From contig CBDANQ010000061.1 in the NCBI GenBank assembly GCA_965197725.1, positions 192,001-256,000 of the forward strand: DNA of 64,000 nucleotides, given 5' to 3'. The notes under the pieces were generated by a model. The model worked only from the letters and a program-made list of their open reading frames with translations. It did not search any database and had not been told where the DNA came from. This document shows positions 58,394 through 64,000 of this stretch, in pieces (position 1 is the first letter of the stretch; the number at the start of each line of letters is the position of its first letter). The position numbers were made by a program, and so were the translations under genes. The stretch comes from Longimicrobiales bacterium (GTDB lineage: Bacteria > Gemmatimonadota > Gemmatimonadetes > Longimicrobiales > Gaopeijiaceae).

Positions 58394-60133
58394 TCAGCAC
58401 GTAAGGCACATGTGGTTGTTCCTGACACCCATGCCCTCGAGCAGCGCCATGGTCTCCGGGTAGGGCTGCATGCGCTGATGGGGGCCGTTGGCCACGTCCA
58501 CCGTGGTCCGTCCCCGACGGTCAAAAGCGTGCGGATCGGCGCCTTGTTTCAATAGGTACAGGACCATCTCATTGTCGCCCCTGGACGCTGCATTGTGGAG
58601 CGGCGTCATGCCGTAGTAGTCCGGCTGAAGCACGTCGGCGCCCAACTCCTCTACCAGGTACTTCACGGCCGGCATCCAGCCATTCTCCACATGCCGGTGG
58701 GCGTTACCCACAAAGGAATCGGCGTACGAATATCCTGTGACCACGTGGATGGGGAAGACTCCCGGCGCCCCGATGGGCACCTCCTCCAGCTGCTCCACTC
58801 CATCTTGCTGGTAGTTGAAGGACGTCGCATCGCGGGCCCCGCGGCGGCGCGCAGGTCTCTTGATCGCGATATGCGGGTCGGCTCCGGACCGGACCAGCAG
58901 CTTCATGGCGTCCACGTCCAGGGCATGAGCCGCCCGTATGAACGCTGTCGCACCCACCCAGTCGAGCCGTAGGAGGTTGGCGCCCAGTTCCATGTGCCAG
59001 ATGTTATACTCGAGACGCGCGTTCACATCCGCCCCAGCCTCCAGCAGCGCTTCCATGAGCTCCAGATGAGTCGTCTGCTGCTGCAGGTGCGCCGCTGAAT
59101 GAGGGAACTTGCCCTCCGGCAGCCACTGGCGGCTGATCGTGGCAAAAAGCGGGTTGTCACCCGACGCACTGACCAGGTTGGGATCCGCACCCCGCTCCAG
59201 CAGCATCATCGCGATACCGAACTGGCCGTTGATCGCCGCCATCAGAAGGGGGGAGCTATGGTCTCCGGCAGTCACCTGGTTGATGTCGGCGCCCCCATCC
59301 AGGAGGGCCTCGACCGTCTCAACGCTTCCGTCCCGGGCGGCGACGGTGAGCGCTGTCAGACCGCCGTAATCGCCGATCCAGTCCGGCATCCTCATGACCG
59401 GAAGAACACCGGCACCAGGCAGATCGGGCGTTGAGTCCCTCCGCGAACCCCGACCGCCACGACCCTGCGCGGAAGAACCAGGAAACGCATCCAGGCCCAA
59501 CCTCTCGTTGCGCGCCTTCTGCTCCGCTCTGTCGCCCTCGTTGCGCGCGGCGATGTCGATCACGCGCCCGGTGACCACCGGGTCGGCACCGCTATGGAGC
59601 AGCGCCGTGACCGCCTCGGCCCGGTTCTTCGCGGCCGCAAAGATCAGCGGTGTGTGCCCCCAAACGCTCTCCGTCTTGTCCAGCTCGGCACCGTGTTCCA
59701 CCAGCGCTTTGATGGCCTCCACGTCGCCGGCAGCAGCGGAAAAATGCAGGGCCGCTACCCCACCCGTCGAGGTCAGGGCGTTAACGTCGACGCCCGCAGC
59801 CAGCAGCGACTTCAACACCTCTGCATGCCCTTCCCTGCTGGCCAGATGCAGCGGCGTATAACTGCCGAGGCGTGTCTGAGCGTCCACGCCAGCACCGGCG
59901 TAGATCAGGATCTCCGCCGTCTCGACATCGCCGTTCACCGCCGCCCAGTGGAGCGCGGTCATGCCATCGCCCTGGGCCGCGTTCACGTCTGCGCCATGCT
60001 TGAGCAGCGAGCGCACTGACTCCACATCGCCTCTCATGGCCGCGTCCGCCACCGGGGAATCCGGAGCCATGGCCCACAACACCCCCGTCAGAGCCAGAGC
60101 CGCGGTCACGTTCACGCGCAAGGTGTTGCTCAT
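58394..60133 (-). CDS. Secreted ankyrin-repeat protein, paralog 2 (C-terminal CLTC)
   Basis: As paralog 1; N-terminal ~210 aa near-identical. Confidence 0.9.
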   Translation of the reverse strand: MSNTLRVNVTAALALTGVLWAMAPDSPVADAAMRGDVESVRSLLKHGADVNAAQGDGMTALHWAAVNGDVETAEILIYAGAGVDAQTRLGSYTPLHLASREGHAEVLKSLLAAGVDVNALTSTGGVAALHFSAAAGDVEAIKALVEHGAELDKTESVWGHTPLIFAAAKNRAEAVTALLHSGADPVVTGRVIDIAARNEGDRAEQKARNERLGLDAFPGSSAQGRGGRGSRRDSTPDLPGAGVLPVMRMPDWIGDYGGLTALTVAARDGSVETVEALLDGGADINQVTAGDHSSPLLMAAINGQFGIAMMLLERGADPNLVSASGDNPLFATISRQWLPEGKFPHSAAHLQQQTTHLELMEALLEAGADVNARLEYNIWHMELGANLLRLDWVGATAFIRAAHALDVDAMKLLVRSGADPHIAIKRPARRRGARDATSFNYQQDGVEQLEEVPIGAPGVFPIHVVTGYSYADSFVGNAHRHVENGWMPAVKYLVEELGADVLQPDYYGMTPLHNAASRGDNEMVLYLLKQGADPHAFDRRGRTTVDVANGPHQRMQPYPETMALLEGMGVRNNHMCLTC

Positions 60134-60237
60134 CCTACGCCTCCTCTTCGGCCAGGAACATCACTCGACTCCGTGGCGACGCGCTCCCCGTGAAACTCGT
60201 GGATGCCGGGGGCAACGCCAGAATCCACATTGCATCT

Positions 60238-60266
60238 ATGTTAGATTCACGGTCCTGTCGCCGCAA
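60238..60266 (-). promoter_or_regulatory. sigma70-like promoter for ankyrin paralog 2
   Basis: Minus strand TTGCGG-N17-TAACAT. Confidence 0.55.
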
Positions 60267-60331
60267 TGCTACGCGCGATCACCACCCGCCAGAGCCGGGC
60301 TCATCGTGACGAGAAGCGGCGTACGCTACCG

Positions 60332-60364
60332 AACGGCCCCCCTGGATGATCCAGGGGGGCCGTT
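60332..60364. repeat. 33-bp perfect palindrome, copy C
   Basis: Identical to 56095-56127. Confidence 0.85.
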
Positions 60365-60469
60365 GGCCTTCCACTCTGTCGGTACCGGCCCCTATTCTAT
60401 GGCACGTCTATGGCACGATCTATGGCACGCCCATCGCCATCGACGGTGATCCCGTCTCACATCCAGCGG

Positions 60470-62179
60470 TCAGCACGTGACGCAAGTGTGGTTGTTCTTG
60501 ACACCCATGCCCTCGAGCAGCGCCATGGTCTCCGGGTAGGGCCGCGTGCGCTGCACGGGGCCGTTGGCCACGTCCACCGTGGTCCGTCCCCGGCGGTCTA
60601 CAGCGAACGGATCGGCGCCATGCTTCAACAGGTACAGGACCATCTCATTGTCGCCCCTGGACGCCGCATTGTGGAGCGGCGTCATGCCGTAGTAGTCCGG
60701 CTGAAGCACGTCGGCGCCCAACTCCTCTACTAGGTACTTCACGGCCGGCATCCAGCCATTCTCCACATGCCGGTGGGCGTTACCCACCCAGCCATCGGCG
60801 TACGCATGTCCTGTGGCCACGTGGATGGGGAATATTCCCGGCGCCCCGACGGGCACCGGCTCCACGTCCACTTTGATCTGGTTCAACCAGTGGGGCTCGC
60901 CGGCCGTCACCGGGTTGGGGTCGCCCGCGGGTCTCTTGATCGCGATATGCGGGTCGGCTCCGGACCGGACCAGCAGCTTCATGGCGTCCACGTCCAGGGC
61001 ATGAGCCGCCCGTAGGAACGCTGTCGCACCCACCCAGTCGAGCCGTAGGAGGTCGGCGCCCAGTTCCATGTGCCAGATGTTGTACTCGAGACGCGCGTTC
61101 ACATCCGCCCCAGCCTCCAGCATCGCTTCCATGAGCTCCAGATGAGTCGTCTGCTGCTGCAGGTGCGCCGCTGAATGAGGGAACTTGCCCTCCGGCAGCC
61201 ACTGGCGGCTGATCGTGGCAAAAAGCGGGTTGTCACCCGACTCACTGACCAGGTTGGGATCCGCACCCCGCTCCAGCAGCATCATCGCGATACCGAACTG
61301 GCCGTTGATCGCCGCCATCAGAAGGGGGGAGCTATGGTCTCCGGCAGTCACGTGGTTGACATCGGCACCCCCAGCCAGGAGGGCCTTGACCGTCTCAACG
61401 CTTCCGTCCCGGGCGGCGACGGTGAGCGCTGTCAGACCACCGTAATCGCCGATCCAGTCCGTCATCCTCATGACCGGAAGAGCACCTGCACCAGGAGGAT
61501 CGGGCACGGCGTCCCTGTACGACCGGTACACCGGCGTCAGGCCCAACCTCTCGTTGCGCGCCTTCTGCTCCGCTCTGTCGCCCTCGTTGCGCGCGGCGAT
61601 GTCGATCACGCGCCCGGTGACCACCGGGTCGGCACCGCTATGGAGCAGCGCCGTGACCGCCTCGGCCCGGTTCTTCGCGGCCGCAAAGATCAGCGGTGTG
61701 TGCCCCCAAACGCTCTCCGTCTTGTCCAGCTCGGCACCGTGTTCCACCAGCGCTTTGATGGCCTCCACGTCGCCGGCAGCAGCGGAAAAATGCAGGGCCG
61801 CTACCCCACCCGTCGAGGTCAGGGCGTTAACGTCGACGCCCGCAGCCAGCAGCGACTTCAACACCTCTGCATGCCCTTCCCTGCTGGCCAGATGCAGCGG
61901 CGTATAACTGCCGAGGCGCGTCTGAGCGTCCACGCCAGCACCGGCGTAGATCAGGATCTCCGCCGTCTCGACATCGCCGTTCACCGCCGCCCAGTGGAGC
62001 GCGGTCATGCCATCGCCCTGGGCCGCGTTCACGTCTGCGCCATGCTTGAGCAGCGAGCGCACTGACTCCACATCGCCTCTCATGGCCGCGTCTGCCACCG
62101 GGGAATCCGGAGCCATGGCCCACAACACCCCCGTCAGAGCCAGAGCCGCGGTCACGTTCACGCGCAAGGTGTTGCTCAT
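60470..62179 (-). CDS. Secreted ankyrin-repeat protein, paralog 3 (C-terminal CVTC), translationally coupled to DUF1552 gene
   Basis: ATGA overlap with the upstream gene; ankyrin repeats. Confidence 0.9.
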   Translation of the reverse strand: MSNTLRVNVTAALALTGVLWAMAPDSPVADAAMRGDVESVRSLLKHGADVNAAQGDGMTALHWAAVNGDVETAEILIYAGAGVDAQTRLGSYTPLHLASREGHAEVLKSLLAAGVDVNALTSTGGVAALHFSAAAGDVEAIKALVEHGAELDKTESVWGHTPLIFAAAKNRAEAVTALLHSGADPVVTGRVIDIAARNEGDRAEQKARNERLGLTPVYRSYRDAVPDPPGAGALPVMRMTDWIGDYGGLTALTVAARDGSVETVKALLAGGADVNHVTAGDHSSPLLMAAINGQFGIAMMLLERGADPNLVSESGDNPLFATISRQWLPEGKFPHSAAHLQQQTTHLELMEAMLEAGADVNARLEYNIWHMELGADLLRLDWVGATAFLRAAHALDVDAMKLLVRSGADPHIAIKRPAGDPNPVTAGEPHWLNQIKVDVEPVPVGAPGIFPIHVATGHAYADGWVGNAHRHVENGWMPAVKYLVEELGADVLQPDYYGMTPLHNAASRGDNEMVLYLLKHGADPFAVDRRGRTTVDVANGPVQRTRPYPETMALLEGMGVKNNHTCVTC

Positions 62180-63627
62180 CCTACGCCTCCCTTTCCACCA
62201 CCACTCGATTCCGTAGCAAGGTTGCCCGTGCTGCCGAGATACAACTCGCCCGAGCTGTCGCCGAAGCCCTCCATGTCGTCCAGTCCGATCTTGTGCAGGA
62301 GGGTGAGCATCGCATTCGCCATCGGTGTCCCGTCGGAAGCCTTCACGTGCAGGTTGCCCTCCAACTGCCCGTTAGCTCCACCAAGCATGAGCAGCGGGGC
62401 CCGCCTGTGGTTGTGGATGTTCGGATCAGCCATCGGGGAGCCATACAAGATCACCGTCTTGTCCAGCAGGTGTGTGTCGCCCTCCATGTGGTCCTTCAGC
62501 TTGTCCATCAGATAGGTCAGAGTGCCCACATGGTAGCGATTGATCGTGTTCAGGTTGAGAAGGGCGTCCTCATTGTTACCATGATGCGATGCCGGATGGA
62601 ACGGGGTCTCCGTTCCGCTCTCCGGGTACACACGCCCCGTGGCGTCCCGCGACATCTTGAGCGAGAAGACCCGCGTCACATCCGACTGGAACGCCAGCAC
62701 TTGCAGGTCGTACATCAGCTTGATGTGCTGGTCGAACGAGTCGGGGACGCCCGAAGGCGCCTCGGGCAACTCCCTCATCTCGCCGCTGGTGTTACGCGCT
62801 TCGACCGCTTGGATCCGGCGCTCAAGCTCCCGTATATTCTCCAGGTACCGATCCATGCGAAGCCGGTCCTCCGCCTCAAGCTCACGCGTCAAGCGCGCCG
62901 TGTCATTCATGATCCAGTCCAGGATACTGCTACGCGACCTGCGGATCTTGGCCCGCTCCTCCGCGGTCCCACCCGCCCCGAACAGCTGATCGAACGCCAA
63001 GCGCGGATCGCGGGTCGGCGGCAGCGGCTGCGTCGGCGACGCCCAACTGGTCGCATCCGTGTACGCGCAGGCGTACTTGTATGGGCATCCGCCCGCCACA
63101 TCCACGTTCTCGATGGCCAGCTGCATCGACGGGATCGGCGAATCCTGTCCGAACCGCTGAGCGTAGTACTGGTCCAGCGACTTCCCCACGAACACGTCCG
63201 AGCTCTGCGTTTGCCTCGGATGAGACTGAGTGAGAAAGGTAGCACTCGAGCGGGGGTGGTCGCCCCCGATTTCGGACGGAGTGTACGCCTCCGCCATGCG
63301 CACGTCCGTGTTGCTGACGATGGTGAGATACTCTCGGTAGTCCTCTAACGGGCTCAGCGCGCTCAGGCTGTTGAACTCGAAGCCACGCCCTATCTGCTCA
63401 GGCGCCCACAGATACTGTTGCGCGCCCCACTCGTTGCACCCCGCCGCTCCGTGCACGTTTTCGATGCAGATGAGGCGCGTGCGGTCAATCGCCTGTGACG
63501 CCTCCGTCCACGCGCCGCGGCGGCGGCCGGCAGGCACCATGGCGTCCAGGAAGGGCAGGGCCACCGTAGCGCCCATCCCCCGCAAGAAGGTCCTCCGCGG
63601 CAGGTGCTTTGTCGTGATGAAACGCAT
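62176..63627 (-). CDS. DUF1552 family protein with Tat-like signal
   Basis: LPRRTFLRGMGATVALPFLDAM, GGDH, YACAY, PRLAFDQLFG, SILD, D.TRV, HPASHH, H.H...P. Confidence 0.8.
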   Translation of the reverse strand: MRFITTKHLPRRTFLRGMGATVALPFLDAMVPAGRRRGAWTEASQAIDRTRLICIENVHGAAGCNEWGAQQYLWAPEQIGRGFEFNSLSALSPLEDYREYLTIVSNTDVRMAEAYTPSEIGGDHPRSSATFLTQSHPRQTQSSDVFVGKSLDQYYAQRFGQDSPIPSMQLAIENVDVAGGCPYKYACAYTDATSWASPTQPLPPTRDPRLAFDQLFGAGGTAEERAKIRRSRSSILDWIMNDTARLTRELEAEDRLRMDRYLENIRELERRIQAVEARNTSGEMRELPEAPSGVPDSFDQHIKLMYDLQVLAFQSDVTRVFSLKMSRDATGRVYPESGTETPFHPASHHGNNEDALLNLNTINRYHVGTLTYLMDKLKDHMEGDTHLLDKTVILYGSPMADPNIHNHRRAPLLMLGGANGQLEGNLHVKASDGTPMANAMLTLLHKIGLDDMEGFGDSSGELYLGSTGNLATESSGGGKGGVG

Positions 63628-63655
63628 GTTCCCTCCTTTCTGCTCTGGCTAAGGC

Positions 63656-64000
63656 TTACTGTTGATTGACGTCTTGGGAACCGTCGCTCACAACTATGGG
63701 CTTCCGCTTCTGGAACGCGTCACTGCTCGCCACCCCCATGACGAAGGAGGACATGCGGTAATCATTCGCCTCGGCCGAATCAACGATCGCCCGGACGGTT
63801 GGCATGTCGTAGTACTCGACTCGACGGCCGAGGGCATAGGCCATCAGGTTCACCGTGAAGTTCCGGAGGATCGGGATCGAGAGGCCCAGCAGCGCGCTCT
63901 GCAACTCGGCCGCACTCGTCACTCGAGTGCCGTCGTACAGCTCGCCCCGAGTGTCCAGGGGCATCCCGTTCTCACGAATTCGCCACTGGCCGACCACGTC
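63656..64000 (-). CDS. C-terminus of a DUF1592/DUF1588/DUF1585-type protein (partial, runs off window)
   Basis: VGQWR..ENG.PLD..GEL.DG, NLMAYALGR, S.AFQ; usual partner upstream of DUF1552. Confidence 0.72.
   Translation of the reverse strand, partial: DVVGQWRIRENGMPLDTRGELYDGTRVTSAAELQSALLGLSIPILRNFTVNLMAYALGRRVEYYDMPTVRAIVDSAEANDYRMSSFVMGVASSDAFQKRKPIVVSDGSQDVNQQ

Noticed and set aside
57962..58396. Selenocysteine read-through of the ankyrin CxxC-TGA stops into the downstream ORF
   Set aside because: The downstream frame is not conserved among the three copies (11-12 nt repeat indels), and I see no convincing SECIS hairpin.
56095..60364. The three palindromes as integron attC sites or CRISPR repeats
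   Set aside because: They have AAC...GTT ends but are only 33 bp and perfectly paired, with no extrahelical bases and no IntI nearby. The ~2-kb spacing and absence of cas genes exclude CRISPR.
56218..62179. Diversity-generating retroelement as the source of ankyrin variability
   Set aside because: No reverse transcriptase or template repeat in the window, and the differences include indels and are not adenine-specific.

Overview
A GC-rich bacterial chromosomal window. Gene content, gene order and the YLADDLRHERKVALKVLKPELAA kinase signature suggest Gemmatimonadota (inference). Most of it is housekeeping: selC tRNA-Sec, deoC plus a two-domain aldehyde dehydrogenase, ridA, heptose kinase, an Omp85/peptidase/beta-propeller protein, sat-cysC, mlaEFD, peptidases, nadE, xerD, ispF, the fab/plsX/rpmF cluster, ndk, sucCD, UPF0182, a phosphohexomutase, a full nuoA-N operon with a Rex-like operator, and dcd. 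Three non-routine themes stand out. (1) At the right end, a DUF1585/DUF1552 operon is followed by three tandem, secreted ankyrin-repeat genes. They have almost identical scaffolds, two hypervariable loops and a C-terminal CxxC. Each is followed by a perfect 33-bp palindrome, and the two downstream copies have their own sigma70-like promoters. This looks like a cassette-style diversified repertoire. (2) The complex I operon appears to be decaying: nuoM is truncated at an IS-end-like insert, nuoD has two frameshifts, nuoE has a 10-aa deletion, and nuoF has a catalytic-motif substitution. (3) Many other gene remnants and CTAG-bounded scars point to ongoing genome erosion. Start codons were picked by eye, family names come from motif recognition, and no database searches were run.
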